DNA from: Cetorhinus maximus
Lineage: Eukaryota
DNA length: 64,000 bases
Direction of reading: 5' to 3'
Assembly: GCF_964194155.1 (NCBI RefSeq)
Contig: NC_135901.1
Coordinates: 33,976,001-34,040,000, forward strand
The notes under the pieces were generated by a model. That model was not told where the DNA came from. It worked only from the letters and a program-made list of their open reading frames with translations, and did no database searches. Made by a program: the position numbers and the translations under genes. This document shows positions 25,563 through 38,967 of the stretch, piece by piece (the stretch's first letter is position 1; the number at the start of each line of letters is the position of its first letter).

Positions 25563-26419
25563 ATGGAAGGAAAAGGCACCATTCACAGTGGGGAGAAACC
25601 GTACACGTGTCCTGTGTTTGAATGAGGTTTCAGCCGGTCATCTGATCTGTCAAAACATAAATGTGATCACAACGGAAGTGTGAAGGCTGCGGGAAGGGAT
25701 TCTATCGCCCTCTGAGCTGGAAACCCATCGGTGCAGTCAGACTGGGGAGAGACCGTTCACCTGCTCCATCTGCAGGAAGTGATTCACTTAGTTATCCCAC
25801 CTGCTGAGACCACCAGTGAGTTCACACTGGGGAGAGACCTTTTAAATATCTACACTGTGCGAAGTGCTGTAAAAGTTTTGGGGATGTGATGTCCCATCAA
25901 CGTGTTCACACTGACGAGAGACCGTTTAGGTGCTCTCACTGTGGGACTGGGTTCAGGCAATCATCTGACCTCAATGTACACCACCGAATTCACACTGGGG
26001 AGAGGCCGTTCACCTGCTCCCAGTGTGGAAAGAGATTCACTCAGTTAACCAACCTGCGGACACACAAGCGAGTTCACAGTGGGGAGAGGCCGTTCACTTG
26101 CTCCGAGTGTGGGAAGGGATTCACTCAGTCATCCAACCTGCTGACACACCAGCGAATTCACACTGAGGAGAGGCCGTTCTGCTGTACTTCCTGTGGAAAG
26201 AGATTCAGGTCTTCGTTCCACCTCAATGTACACCAGCGGGTTCACACAGGAGAGAGACCGTTCACCTGCTCTGAGTGTGGGAAGAAATTCACTCAGTTAT
26301 CCCACCTGCTGAATCACGAGCGAGTTCACACTGGGGAGAGGCCATTCACCTGCCCCGAATGTGGGAAGGGATTCACTCGGTCATCCCACCTGCTCAGGCA
26401 CCAGCTAGTCCACAAGTGA
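25563..26419 (+). pseudogene. C2H2 zinc-finger gene with disrupted 5' half; 6 intact C-terminal fingers
   Basis: ATG GAA GGA AAA at 25563 is followed by TGA at ~25623 and frameshifts. ORF 25886..26419 keeps 6 fingers and ends HQLVHK*. Confidence 0.8.
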
Positions 26420-26899
26420 CAGCAGGGGTTGGATTCTGCTGTGATTGCAGCTGTTAATCACATCAAGGACTGAACCATGTTTATCCTGATAGTTGGTGTT
26501 TTTTTTCTGCTGATGTTAATAATCCCTGTAACTGGTCTGGAGTTTAATATTCTGGATCTATGGCTGATTGTGTTCTTGGGGCTGCAGTGTCCCTTTAAGA
26601 ACCGCTGTCTCTGACCTTTCCCCATAATTCAGGAACTTTCATCAGAAATTTGTTTACAAGATTCTGAACTTTTACTTCAGTCCCAAACTGATCTTTGGTA
26701 CGAACTCTACAATTCAGCGTCTGAGAAGTCCTGATCGAGTGGATACAAAGAGAATGTTTCCTCTTGTGGGGAAGGGCATAACTAGAGACCTTTGATATAA
26801 GATAGTCAGCAAGAACTCCAATAGGGAATTCAAAAGAAACTTCTTCACCCAAAGAGCGGTGAGAAAGTGGAACTCGCTACCACTGGGAGTGGTTAAAGT

Positions 26900-27120
26900 G
26901 AATCATATAGCTTTTGTTTCGTTGAAAGGGGTGCAATGCATGGATGTGTTTCTTTTTTGCAAAGGTCAGGGCCCTGTGTCTGAATATATGTAGCTTCTAG
27001 CACGTGTAAGTGAGCCACAGTGTGAGCCCAACTGATCATCTTAAATTGGTTGTTACTGTATTTCTTAGCACAATCAGGATTGTTTAGTAAGTGTTGTCCA
27101 ATTGTGGAATTACATTTAAT
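26900..27120 (-). mobile_element. Penelope-like GIY-YIG C-terminal fragment (different family), nested in CR1
   Basis: STIGQHLLNNPDCAKKYSNNQFKMI..LHVLEATYIQTQGPDLCKKE. Confidence 0.65.
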
Positions 27121-27984
27121 ATTACTTAAGGGGAAGTTAGACAAGCACAAGAGGGCAAAGGGAATAGAAGGTTACGATGATAGATTTAGATGGGGAATGA
27201 TGGGAGGAGGTCCTTGTGGAGTTTAAACCCCAGCATGGACTGGCTGGGCCGAATGGCCTGTCATATATCTGATGTAATTACACTCCTGAAAGGTCTGGTT
27301 CTAACTTTTTGACTGTACCACCCATTCCTAGACTGCATAACTAGTGGAAATAATTTCTAGTTACTCACTGTTCCCCTTAATGTGCTCAATTCGGCTTTTG
27401 CTGTCACTGTAAATCACATCCAGAACTGAACCGTGTTCATTCTGACAGTTGGGGTTCATTTCTACTGATGTTACTAATCTCTGTAACTGGGCTGGAGTTT
27501 AATATCTTGATGTCTGTTAAATAAAACAGTTTTGTTTCAAACACGGAGTAGTTAAGTTCTTGATTTCCCCAGGATGAGAGGAGACTAATTGATGTCCTGT
27601 TCTCAACTGCTCCATTTTTGGATCTTTTCTCCTTTTTAACTCTAGATTCTTTCAGTTCTCATACCTCTGGTTACTCTCATGGACAAGTCCGAGCTCCCCA
27701 TGCCTCCCAGAGAGCCTCTCTTCACCTTGGGATCCAGGGAAGTATCAGTATTAAAAATAGAAAATGCTGTAAATAATAATCCATACTTTTCCAAGTGTCA
27801 ATTGATTTTGTCCCGGATTATTGTCTCCAACCTTTTCCCACCACTGATGTGAAGCTGATTGTCCTGGAGTTGCTGCATTTTTGAACAGGGGTGTAACATT
27901 TACAATCTGTCAGTCCTTTGTCACCACTACGATATAAGGAGGATTGAAGATTGTGACCAGAGCCTCCACAAGTTCCATGTGAAG

Positions 27985-28055
27985 GATGCTGTCTCTGACA
28001 GTGCAGCAGTCCCTCAACGTCACCCTGGAGTGTCAGCCTAGATAATGTGCTCAGG
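27985..28055 (-). mobile_element. DeuSINE/SacSINE1-like fragment
   Basis: gacagtgcagcagtccctca..ggagtgtcagcctagataatgtgctca resembles the reverse complement of the SacSINE1/AmnSINE1 body, as recalled rather than searched. Confidence 0.5.
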
Positions 28056-28318
28056 TTTATTAATATTTCCTCTTGTTATTGATGTGGATCATTAAGAAAC
28101 AATGGACTCTTATGATGCCATCCAGTCCCAGTGAGATGATGTCATGAAGACTATTCAATACCAGCGGAGCCTTAGTGGTGAAAACAGTTTTGTCCGAGAT
28201 GGCAACAAGTCCATTACTGATAGATCAGCAAATGGAATTAATGGGAAAGAAAATTTTGCAAACATGAACATCAGGAATAGTGTTGCGAATTATGAAGATG
28301 GACAACGTGTACAGTATA

Positions 28319-28632
28319 CATCTCCCGACGCTCTGCCCCCATCTCCCCACGCTCTGCCGCCGTCTCCCCGACACTCTGCCCCCATCTCCCCACATTGTCC
28401 CATCTCCCCGACATGCTGCCCGTCTCCCCGCGCTCTGCCCCCGTCTCCCCGCGCTCTGCCTCCGTCTCCCCGCGCTCTGCCCCCGTCTCCCCGCGCTCTG
28501 CCCCCGTCTCCCCGCGCTCTGCCCCCGTCTCCCCGCGCTCTGCCCCCGTCTCCAACACGCTGCCCCCGTCTCCAACACGCTGCCCCCATGTCCAACACGC
28601 TGCCCCCATGTCCAACACGCTGCCCCCATGTC
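28319..28632 (+). repeat. GC-rich minisatellite (21-bp then 20-bp units)
   Basis: (ctctgcccccgtctccccgcg)n grading into (caacacgctgcccccatgtc)n. Confidence 0.92.
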
Positions 28633-28922
28633 CTCTGTACACCTCCAATGCTTTCACAGCCATATGTATGGCGCCCAGAATGTTTTTTTTTTAAAACATT
28701 CATGAGATGGGGGCTTCGCAGGCCGGCCGGCATTTATTGCCCATCCTTAGTTGCCCTTGAGAAGGCAGTGATGAGCTGCCTTCTTGAACCGCTGCAGTCC
28801 ATGTGGTGTAGGTACACCCACAATGCTGATAGGTGGGGGGGGGTGGGGGGAGTTCTACGATTTTGACCCAATGACAGTGAAGGAATGGCCGATATATTTC
28901 CAAGTCAGGATGGTAAGTGACT

Positions 28923-31900
28923 TCACAGAATCACGCAGTGCAGAAGAGGCCCTTCGGCCCATCAAGTCTGCACTGACACGTGAGAAACACCTGACCTACC
29001 TACCTAATCCCATTTACCAGCACTTGGCCCATAGCCTTGAATGTTATGAGGTGCCAAGTGCTCATCCAGGTACTTTTTAAAGGATGTGAGGCAACCCGCC
29101 TCCACCACCCTCCCAGGCAGCGCATTCCAGACTGTCACCACCCTCTGGGTAAAAAAGTTTTCCCTCACATCCCCCCCTAAATCTCCTGCCCCTCACCTTG
29201 AACTTATGTCCCCTCGTGACTGACCCTTCAACTAAGGGGAACAGCTGCTCCCTATCCACCCTGTCCATGCCCCTCATAATCTTTTACACCTCAATCAGGT
29301 CGTCCCTCAGTCTTCTCTGCTCCAACGAAAACAACTCGAGTCTATCCAACCTCTCTTCATAACTTAAATGCTTCATCCCAGCCAACATCCTGATGAGTCT
29401 CCTCTGCACCCCTTCCAGTGCAATCATATCCTTCCTGTAATATGGTGACCAGAACTGCACACAGTACTCCAGCTGTGGTCTCACCAAGGTTCTATACAAC
29501 TCCAACATGATCTCCCTACTTTTGTAATCTATGCCTCGATTGATAAAGGCAAGTGTCCCATATGCCTTTTTCACCACCCCATTAACATGCCCCTCCGCCT
29601 TCAGAGATCTATGGACACACACGCCAAGGTCCCTTTGTTCCTCAGAACTTCCTAGTGTCATGCTGTTCATTGAATACTTCCTTGTCAAATTACTCCTTCC
29701 AAAGTGTATCACCTCACACTTTTCAGGGTTAAATTCCATCTGTCACTTATCTGCCCGTTTGACCATCCCGTCCATATCTTCCCGTAGCCCAAGACACTCG
29801 ACCTCACTGTTAACCACCTGGCCAATCTTTGTGTCATCCGCAAACTTACTAATTGTACCCCCCACATAGTCATCTATGTCGTTTATATGAATGACAAATA
29901 ATAAGGGACCCAGCACAGATCCCTGTGGTACGACATTGGCTTCCAGTTCCTAAAACAGTCTTCTGTCATCACCCTCTGACTCCTACAACTAAGCTAATTT
30001 TGAATCCACCTTATCAAATTACCCTGTATCCCATGTGCATTTGCCTTCTTTATAAGTCTCCCATGTGGGACCTTGTCAAAGGCTTTGCTGAAATCCATAT
30101 AAACTACATCAACCGCACTATGCTCATGCACACACCTGGTCACCTCCTCAAAAAATCCAATCAAATTTGTTAGGCATGACCTCCCTCTGACAAAGCTATC
30201 TATCCCTGATCAAACCTTGCCTCTGCAAGTGGAGATAGATTCTCTCCTTCAGAATTTTCTCCAATAGTTTCCCAACCACTGACGTGAGACTCACTGGCCT
30301 GTAGTTCCCTGACTTATCTCTACAACCTTTCTTAAACAGCGGAACCACGCTAGCTGTTCTCCAGTCCTCTGGCACCTCCCCTGTGGCCAGAGAGGAATTA
30401 AAAATTTGGGTCAGAGCCCCTGCGACCTCCTCACTTGCTTCCTTCAGCAGTTTGGGACACAAATCATCTGGACATGGAGATTTGTCCACCTTTAAGCCTG
30501 CCAGCACCTCCAATACCTTGTCACTCCCTATATCAATTTGCTTAAGAACCTCGCAGTTTCTCTCCCCGAGTTCGATACCTTCATCCTCTTGGGTGAAGAC
30601 GGATGTGAAGTATTCGTTCAACACTCTACCGATGTCCTCTGGCTCCACCCATAGATTGGTCCCTACTCTTTCCCTGGTTATCCTCTTTCCATTGATATAC
30701 TTATAGAATATCTTGGGATTTTCCCTACTTTTACCAACCAGAGCTTTCTCATATCCCCTCTTTGCTCTCCTAATTGCTTTCTTAAGCTCCACCCTGCACT
30801 TTCTGTACTCCACTAATGCCTCCGCTGATTTGCTTCCCTTGTACCTGCTAAAAGCCTCTTTTCCTTCTCATTGTATCCTGAATATCTCTGATCATCCATG
30901 GTTCTCTGGGCTTGTTACCCCTTCCTATCACCCTAGAGGGAACATATTGAGCCTGTACCCTCCCCATTTCCTTTTTGAATGCCCCCCCACTGCTCCTTTG
31001 CAGATCTCCCCACAAGCAGCTGTTCCCAGTCTACCTTGGCCAGATCCTGCCTTATTTTACGAAAATCCGCTTTCCCCCAATCCAAAACATTTTTTTGCAA
31101 CTTATCTATTTCTTTGTCCAAAACAAGCTTAAATTGTACCATGTTGTGGTCGCTATCATTAAAATGCTCCCCCACCACCACCCAAGCCACCTGTCCAGCT
31201 TCATTCCCCAGAATTCAGTCCAGCACTGCGCTGTCCCTTGTTGGACCCTCTACATAGTGACCTAAAAAGTTGTCCTGTACGCATTTCAAGAAATTCACTC
31301 CATCTAAGCCCTTAACACTATGTCTATCCCAATTAATGTTGGGAAAGTTGAAATCACCTTATATAATTACCCTATTGTTATTGCTTTTACACAACTCCAC
31401 AAATTGTGCACATATTTGTTCCTCAATTTCCTGCTGACTATATGGGGGTCTATAATAAACACCTAACAATGTGGCTGCCCCTTTTTTATTCCTAAGCTCT
31501 ACCCACAAATCTTCATTTGATGTTCCCTCCAAGATATCATCTCTCCTTACTGCAGTAACTGAGTCCTTCACTAATAATTCAATGCCTCCTCCTTGTTTAC
31601 CCCCTCCCCTGTCTCGCCTGAAGATTCTATATCCCGGAATGTTGAGCTGCCAATCCTGCCCCTCCCTCAACCACATCTCTGTGATGGCTACTATATCATA
31701 ATTCCACATGTCAACTCATCCGTTTTACCTGTAATATTCCTGGCATTAAAGTAGAGGCCATCCAGCCTTGCCTTACTCCCTTGAAACTTAATGCAGCTGT
31801 ACTCCCTCTGACTTGATTGTTTTACTGTATTATGATGTGTCCCTGTTCTGCTAACATTCTGTTTCCCCTCCCCCTGCTGAATTAGTTTAAACTCCTCCCA

Positions 31901-33186
31901 ACAACACTAGCAAACCCGCCCGCAAGGATGTTAGTCCCGCTCTGGTTCAGATGTAGACCATCCCGCTTGTAGAGGTCCCACCTTCCCCAGAAACAGTCCC
32001 AGTGATCCAGGAATCTAAAACCCTCCCTCCTGCACCAACTCTTAAGCCACGTATTCATCTGCGCTATTCTCCTATTTCTGAGCTCACTAGCACGTGGCAC
32101 TGGGAGTAATCCAGAGATTACAACCCAAGAGGTCTTGCTTTTTAGTTTGCTGCCTAACTCCCTGAATTCTTGATGCAAGACCTCATCCCTCTTTCTACCT
32201 ATGTCATTGGTACCAACATGTACCATGACCTCTGCCTTATCACCCTCCCCCTTCAGGATGCCCTGCAGCTGTTCAGTGACATCCCGGACCCTGGCACCAG
32301 GGAGGCAACACACCATCCTGGAGTCACGTTGACAGCCGCAGTGGCACCTATCTGTTCCCCTGACTATAGAATCCCCTATTACTATTGCTTTTCCTCCCAT
32401 CCTGTACAGACAGGCTGCTTGTGGTGCCAAAAGCTTGGCTCTGTCTGCACTTCCTGGAGGAACCAGCGCCCTCTTGAGCCTCCAAAATGGAATACCGATT
32501 TGCGAGTGGGACCCCAGGGGACTCCTGAACTCCCTGCCTGTTTCCTCTTGGACTACTTGGTGGCCACCCATTCTCTTCCTTCCCCAAGTCCCTTTAGCTG
32601 CGGTGTGACCGCCTCTTTAAGCGTGCTGTCCACGATGTTCTCAGACTCGCGGATGCTCCACAGAGTCCCCAGCCGCCATTCCAGCTCTGAAACCCAGCTT
32701 CCAGGAGCTGCAGCTGGACACACTTCCTGCACAGATGCTGGTCCCGGGCACTGGAAATGTTCCCGGCTCCCCACAAGGAGCACGAGGTGCACACTATGGC
32801 TTTGAGCTCTCCTGCCATGACTTATCCCTTTAAATTAAACCTTTTAAATCGATTACTCTAGGGCCCTTCTTTCCTGATCCTCATTACTACAGAATATACA
32901 AACTATAAACCACAAAATGACCTTAAACTATAAGCAATAAAAGTAGTAAATACTTACCCGACCGTACTCACTACTTACCAATCATTCCTTTCCCTTATAG
33001 CCTCTACTGCTGCAGCAAGGCAAGGCCACTCTCTGAAGATTTAAGAAGTTGAATAGCAAAGAAAAAAATGCAAAGAGCACCTCTTTCCCTATGCACCGAA
33101 TTCCCACTGTGCAGCAAATTGCCAATACCCACACTCACTCTGGCTGTGTCTCACTCAGGATGAGGTCTCTCCCCTGTTCATGTGCA
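28923..33186 (-). mobile_element. near-full-length CR1 LINE (ORF1 Cys-rich + SGNH esterase; ORF2 APE-RT), disrupted
   Basis: ORF1 pieces: MAGELKAIVCTSC..CRKCVQLQLLE (32594-32818) and AIVIGDSIVRG..CLPGARV..HVGTND..DGLHL (31882-32571). APE: YDIVAITE..GVYYRPP (31359-31709). RT: YRPVSLTSVVGKLLE and MEFNPEKC..PQLEYCVQFWSP. 3' tail gtgattctgtg. Inserted into another LINE 3' end. Confidence 0.92.
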
Positions 33187-33632
33187 AGCTTGGAGGGGAA
33201 CTTCCAGGTGGTGGTGTTCCCATCTATCTGCTGTCCTTGTCCTTCTAGATGGTAGTGGTCGTGGGTTTGAAAGGTGCTGTGTAAGGAGCTTTGGTGAATT
33301 CCTGCAGTGCATTTGTAGATGGTACACACTGGCTGCTACTGTGGTGGAGGGAGTGAATACTTGTGGATGTGGTGCCAATCAAGCGGGCTGCTTTGTCCTG
33401 GATGGTGTGCAGCTTCTTGAGTGTTGTGGGAGCTGCGCTCATCCAGGCAAGTGGAGAGTATTCCATCACACTTCTGACTTGTGCCTTGTAGATGGTGGAC
33501 AGGCTTTGGGGAGTCAGGAGATGAGTTACTCGTCGCAGGATTCCTAGCCTCTGACCTTCTCTTGTAGCCACAGTATGTATATGGCTAGTCCAGTTCAGTT
33601 TCTGGTCAACAGTAACCCCCAGAATGTTGTCC
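33187..33632 (-). mobile_element. CR1/L2-superfamily LINE 3' fragment (second family; continues at 28700-28922)
   Basis: ILGVTVDQKLNWTSHI..YKAQVRSVMEYSPLAW. Split by the full-length CR1. Confidence 0.8.
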
Positions 33633-33854
33633 TGGTGGGTTAGTGGAAGGAAGGAAAGCAGCAGAGGCAGCTGATCGGGCTGACTTAACCTTAGTGACAA
33701 AGAAGCTCCATGAGCTCCTCACACTTGTGGTTGGAGGTGAGGATGGAGGAGACAGGGGAGAGGGAGAGCATTTCAAAGGGCACTAACTTATGTTGGAGAT
33801 ATTAAAAAGAATCGACACAGTGTTCTTAACAGAAGTGGTTTATTTGACATTAAT

Positions 33855-34405
33855 CATAGAAACATAGAAATTAGGAGCAGGAGTAGGCCATTCGGCCCCT
33901 TGCTCTGCTATTCAATATAACCATGGCTGATCCTCTATCTCAACACCATACTCCTGCTTTCTCTCCATACCCCTTGATACCCCTAATATGAAAAAAATTA
34001 TAAATTTTTTTCTTGAATATACTCGGTGACCTGTCCTCCACAGCCTTCTGTGGTGGGGAATTCCACAGGTTGACTGCCCTCAGTGAAGACATTTTACCTC
34101 AACTCAGTCCTAAATGGCCTGCCCCGTATCCTGAGACTGTGGCCCCTGGTCCTAGACTCCCCAGCCAGGGGAAACTTCCTCCCTGCATCTAGTCAGTCTA
34201 GTCCTGTTAGAATTTTATACGTTTCAATCAGATCTCCTCTCATTCTTCTAAACTCTGGTGAATTTAGGCCCAGTCGAACCAATCTCTCCTTATACGACAG
34301 TCCTACCATCCCTGGTATCAGCCCAGTGAACCTTCACTGCACTCCCTCTATGGCAAGTACATCCTTTCTTAGGTAGGGAGACCAAAACTGCACGTAATAC
34401 TCCAA
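33855..34405 (-). mobile_element. CR1 3' fragment in the ZNF 3'UTR
   Basis: Tail catagaaacatagaaa followed by RT C-terminal sequence (ctgcactccctctatggcaag, gaccaaaactgcac). Confidence 0.8.
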
Positions 34406-34497
34406 AATAGTAACCTCCATAACTGGGCTGGCATTTATTCATATCAGCAAAAACAGACCCCAATGAACATATTTCAGTCCTGGATGTGATTATAACT

Positions 34498-37400
34498 AGG
34501 GTTGTAGATAGGGCTTGAAACTAAATAGTGGGGGGGGAGGGTTCAGTTGCATGAAAATATAAAAAATCAAAGTTTAAGGAGAGGGTAAGAGTGCAGGTTA
34601 GTGACGAGGCTGATTGTTACCAAAAAATGAAAGGAAGGGACAGAATGTGTAAATGCCATATTGCACCAAAGAATCATACAAGAGCAGGGAAAATTGACAA
34701 TAGGGCAAACTTAAATGCTTTGTATTTGAATGCATGTCGCATTCAGAATAAAACTAATGAGTTAACAGTGCAAATAGAGATAAATAGGTTTGATTTGGTG
34801 ACGATTAGGGAGAATAGGTATGGGAGTTGAATATCCAAGGGTACTCAGTGTTTTGGAAGGATAGGCAGGAAGGAAAAGGAGGTGGTGTAGCTTTGTTGGT
34901 AAAGGAAGAGGTCAGTGCTAGAGTGAGGAATCATATAGGCACTGGAGAGCAAGACGTAGAGTCAGTCTGGGTAGAAATAAAAAATAGCAAGGGAAAGAAG
35001 TCCCTGGTGGGAGTAATCTATAGGTCCCCAAACAGTAGTTCAGCAGTAGGGCACAGTATAAACCAGGAAATACTGGGAGCATGTAAGAAAGACACGGCAA
35101 AAATCAAGGGTCATTTTAATATGCATATAGACTGGACTAATCAAATTGGCAAGGGTAGCCTTGAGGGAGAGTTCATAGAGTGTATGAGAGATTGTTTCTT
35201 GGAGCAATATGTTGTGGAGCCAACCAGGGAGCAGGCTATTCTGGATTTGGTTTTGTGTAATGAGATGGGATTAATTAATGATCTCATAGTAAAGGATCCA
35301 CTAGGGAAAAGTGATCATAGCATGCTATAATTTCAAGTTCAGTTGGAGAGCAAGAAACTTGAATCCCATACTAGTGTTCTGCAGTTAAACAAATGGTAAC
35401 TACATAGGTATGAGGGCAGATTTGGCCCTCGTGGACTGGGCAGGAAGACTACAAGGTAGGACAGTTGATGAACAGTGGCAGATATTTAAGGAGAATACAA
35501 TTAATAATACAATTAATACAATTCCTCCCAAGTAAAATATATCACAATGAGGAAGAAAGGTGGTAAGAGGGGGCAAAAAGCATCCATGGCTAAGCAAGGA
35601 AGTTAAAGATAACTTAAAGGCAAAAACTAAGGCATACCAAATTGCAAAGGTCAGCGGCAGGCTGGAAGATTGGGAAACTTTTAAAGATCAACAAAGGGTT
35701 ACTAAAAACATAATAAAAAGAGCAAAGGTAAATTATGAAAGAAAATTAGTGCAAAATGTAAAAACTGACAGCAAAAGCGTCTACAAGTATATAAAAGGAA
35801 AGAGAGTAGCTAAAGTGAATGTTGGTCCCTTGGAGGGTGAGACTGGGGAGTTAATAGTGGGGAATGCAGAAATGGCAGAGATGCTTAATCGATATTTTGC
35901 CTCAGTTTTCACAATGGAGGACACTAGTACCACCCCAATAGTAACAGGTAGAGCAGAGGGTATAGAGAAGGAGGCACTTAGAACAATCGCCATCACTAGA
36001 GAAAAAGTACTGAGCAAACTATTGGGATTAAAGGGTGACAAATGCCCAGGACCTGATGACCTACATCCCAGGGTCTTAAAGGAAGTGGCAGCGGAGATAG
36101 TGGATGCATTGGTAATAATATTCCAACATTCCCTGGATTCTGGAAAGGTTCCAGTGGATTGGAAAAAAGCTAATATAACGTCCTTATTCCAAAAAAGGAG
36201 TGGGGGGATTTTAAGTAGGAAATTACAGATCAGTTAGTTTAACGTCTATCGTTGGGAAATTGTTGGAATCCATTATTAAAGAAGTAGTAATGGGGCATTT
36301 GGAAAGTCAAAATGCAATCCATCAGAGTCAGCATGGTTTTATGAAGAGTAAATTGTGTTTGGCTAATTTGCTAGAGTTCTTTGAAGATGTGACAAGCAAA
36401 GTGGATAATGGGGATCCTGTAAATGTAGTAAATCTGGACTTCCAGAAGGCCTTTGATAAAGTGCCGCACAAAAGATTAATACACAAGATAAGATCACACG
36501 GAGTTAGGGGTAATGTATTAACTTGGATAGAGGATTGGCTAACCAACAGTGAAAGCAGAGAGTCGGGATAAATGGGTCTTTTTCTGGATGGCGAGCTGTA
36601 ACTAGTGGGGTGTCACAGGGTTCAGTTCTTGGGCCCCAACTATTTACTATCTATATTAATGACATGGATTCAGGGATAGAAGGTACTTTAGCTAAATTTG
36701 CAAATGACACTAAGATAGGTGGGAAAGTAAGTTGCAATGAAGAATTAAGTAACTTACAAATGGATATGGACATGGGTTAGGTAAATGGGCCAAAATTTGG
36801 CAGATGGAGTTTAACGTGGATAAGCGTGAGGTTATCCACTTTGGTCAGAAGAATAAAAAGGTGACTTATTATATAAACGGAGAGAAACTTCAGAATGTTT
36901 CAGTGCAGAGGGATCTGGGTGTCCTCGTGCATGAATCGCTGAAAGCTGGTAAGCAGGCAATAAGGAAGGCACATGGAATTTTGGCATTTATTGCGAAAGG
37001 AATCGAGTATAAAAATAGGGAAGTGTTGTTGCAACTGTACAAGGCATTGTTGAGACTGCACCTGGAGTACTGTGCACAGTTTTGGTCCCCTTACTTGAGG
37101 AAGGATGTAGTTGCTTTGGAGGCGGTTCTGAGGAGGTTCACTAGATTGATTCCAGAGATGCAGGGCTTGTCTTATGAGGAGAGATTGAGCAGTTTAGGCC
37201 TATACTCGCTAGAGTTTAGAAGGATGAGAAGAGATCTAATTGAGGTATATAAGATGCTAAAGGGGATAGACAAAGTAGATGTGGAGCGGATGTTTCCCCT
37301 TATGGGGCATTCTAGAACGAGAGGCCATAGTTTTAGGCTAAGGGGTGGTAGATTTAAATCGGAGATGAGGAGGAATTACTTCTCTCAAAGGGTCATGAAT

Positions 37401-37609
37401 CTGTGGAATTCACTACCCCAGAGTGCAGTGGATGCCGGGACGCTAAATAAATTTAAGGAGGAGATAGACAGATTTTTAATTAGTAACGGGTTGAAAGGTT
37501 CTGGCGAGAGGGTGGGAAATTGGAGTTGAGGCGGAAATGAGATCAGCCATGATCATATTGAAAGGCGGCTCGAGGGGCTGAATTGCCTACTCCTAGTTCT
37601 TATGTTCTA
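34498..37609 (+). mobile_element. CR1 LINE (HER1-like), ORF1 tail + APE-RT, inserted in the ZNF 3'UTR
   Basis: ORFs 34591-37529: LYLNACRIQNK, GVIYRSPN, LDFQKAFDKVPH, LEYCAQFWSPY. Tail tcctagttcttatgttct. ZNF 3'UTR sequence on both sides. Confidence 0.9.
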
Positions 37610-37636
37610 ATTGACAGCAAATTCCAATCACTGCAA

Positions 37637-38422
37637 TTACTTGTGAATTCGCTGGTGTGCCCGCAGGTTGGATGAGGTAGTGAATCCCTTCCCACACTCT
37701 GAGCAGGTGAACGGCCTCTCCCCAGTGTGAATTCGCTGGTGTCTCAGCAGGTGGGATAACTGAGTGAATCCCTTCCCACACTCGGAGCAGGTGAACGGCT
37801 TCTCCCCAGTGTGAATTCGCTGGTGTGCAGTGAGCTGTGATGACCACCTGAAGCCATTCCCGCATTGAGAGCATCTGAACGGTCTCTCGTCAGTGTGAAC
37901 ACGCTGATGGGACATCAGTTCCCAGGAGCTTTTATACGACTTCCCGCAGTCTGGGCATTTAAAAGCTCTCTTCCCAGTGTGAATTAGCTGGTGCTTCAGC
38001 AGGGTGGACGTATCAGTGAATCGCAACCCACATTCGGAGCAGGTGAACGGCCTCTCCCCAGTGTGAACCCGCTGGTGTGTCAGCAGGTGGGATAACTGAG
38101 CGAATCCCTTCCCACACTCGGAGCAGATGAATGGCCTCTCCCCAGTGTGAACCCGCTGGTGCTTCAGGAGGTTCGATGAATCAGAGAATCCTTTCCCACA
38201 AGTGGAGCAGGTGAACGGTCTCTCCCCAGCGTGACGTCGGCGATGAGTTTCCAGTTCAGATGGGTAACTGAATCCCTTCCCACACTCCCCACATTTCCAC
38301 GGTTTCTCCCCGGTGTGACTGTGCTTGTGTTTTGACAGGCCAGATGACCGGCTGAAGCCTCGTCCACACACTGAACACGTGTACGGTTTCTCCCCACTGT
38401 GAACGGTGCTTTTTCCTTCCAT
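37637..38422 (-). CDS. C2H2 zinc-finger protein, 9 fingers, intact
   Basis: 261-aa [17 protein letters not shown]...HQRIHK*. Intact acceptor tttcacAG at ~38532. CpG promoter at 39.6-40.0 kb. Confidence 0.9.
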   Translation of the reverse strand: MEGKSTVHSGEKPYTCSVCGRGFSRSSGLSKHKHSHTGEKPWKCGECGKGFSYPSELETHRRRHAGERPFTCSTCGKGFSDSSNLLKHQRVHTGERPFICSECGKGFAQLSHLLTHQRVHTGERPFTCSECGLRFTDTSTLLKHQLIHTGKRAFKCPDCGKSYKSSWELMSHQRVHTDERPFRCSQCGNGFRWSSQLTAHQRIHTGEKPFTCSECGKGFTQLSHLLRHQRIHTGERPFTCSECGKGFTTSSNLRAHQRIHK

Positions 38423-38967
38423 GTTCCAAATCTGATGATATTCAGGTTATGGTAAATCGGGTGACTCCCTAAGACCCTCACATGATGTTTGGTTTCAGGT
38501 TCCCGACTGCAAATCCTCCCCTTTCAGTATCCTGTGAAATTGATTTAAAACAGGAAAAAAGGAATGAGAGAGAACCCACAGAAACACAAAGGCAGGTTGA
38601 GAAATTGAGCTGAATGAATCTTGTAAGATGTGGGGTTGGCATCAGGAAAAAGTGAGCCCGAAAGGTGCCAAATTATCATAAAATCCCAACTGCTTCATTA
38701 ATATCCTCCAGGAATTGGAACCTGCTATACAGTTTGGACCTTATGAGACTCTGGTATCTATGAGAGGAAGAGAAAGAAAGAGACAGAGAGAGATATGTGA
38801 GAGAGTCAGGGGCAAAGGAGAAGCATTTTATATATCGACAACTCAACAAGAAATTTGACAGATTCTCCCAAACCCTCATCCTCCATCACCTCGAAGGACC
38901 AGGGTAGCAGGTGTATGTGAACACTATCACCTCCAAGTTCCTCTGCAAGTCACACACCATCCTGACT

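Noticed and set aside
28144-28866. 240-aa Pro-rich ORF and overlapping ORFs in all frames
   Set aside because: These are open only because of a stop-free GC-rich minisatellite.
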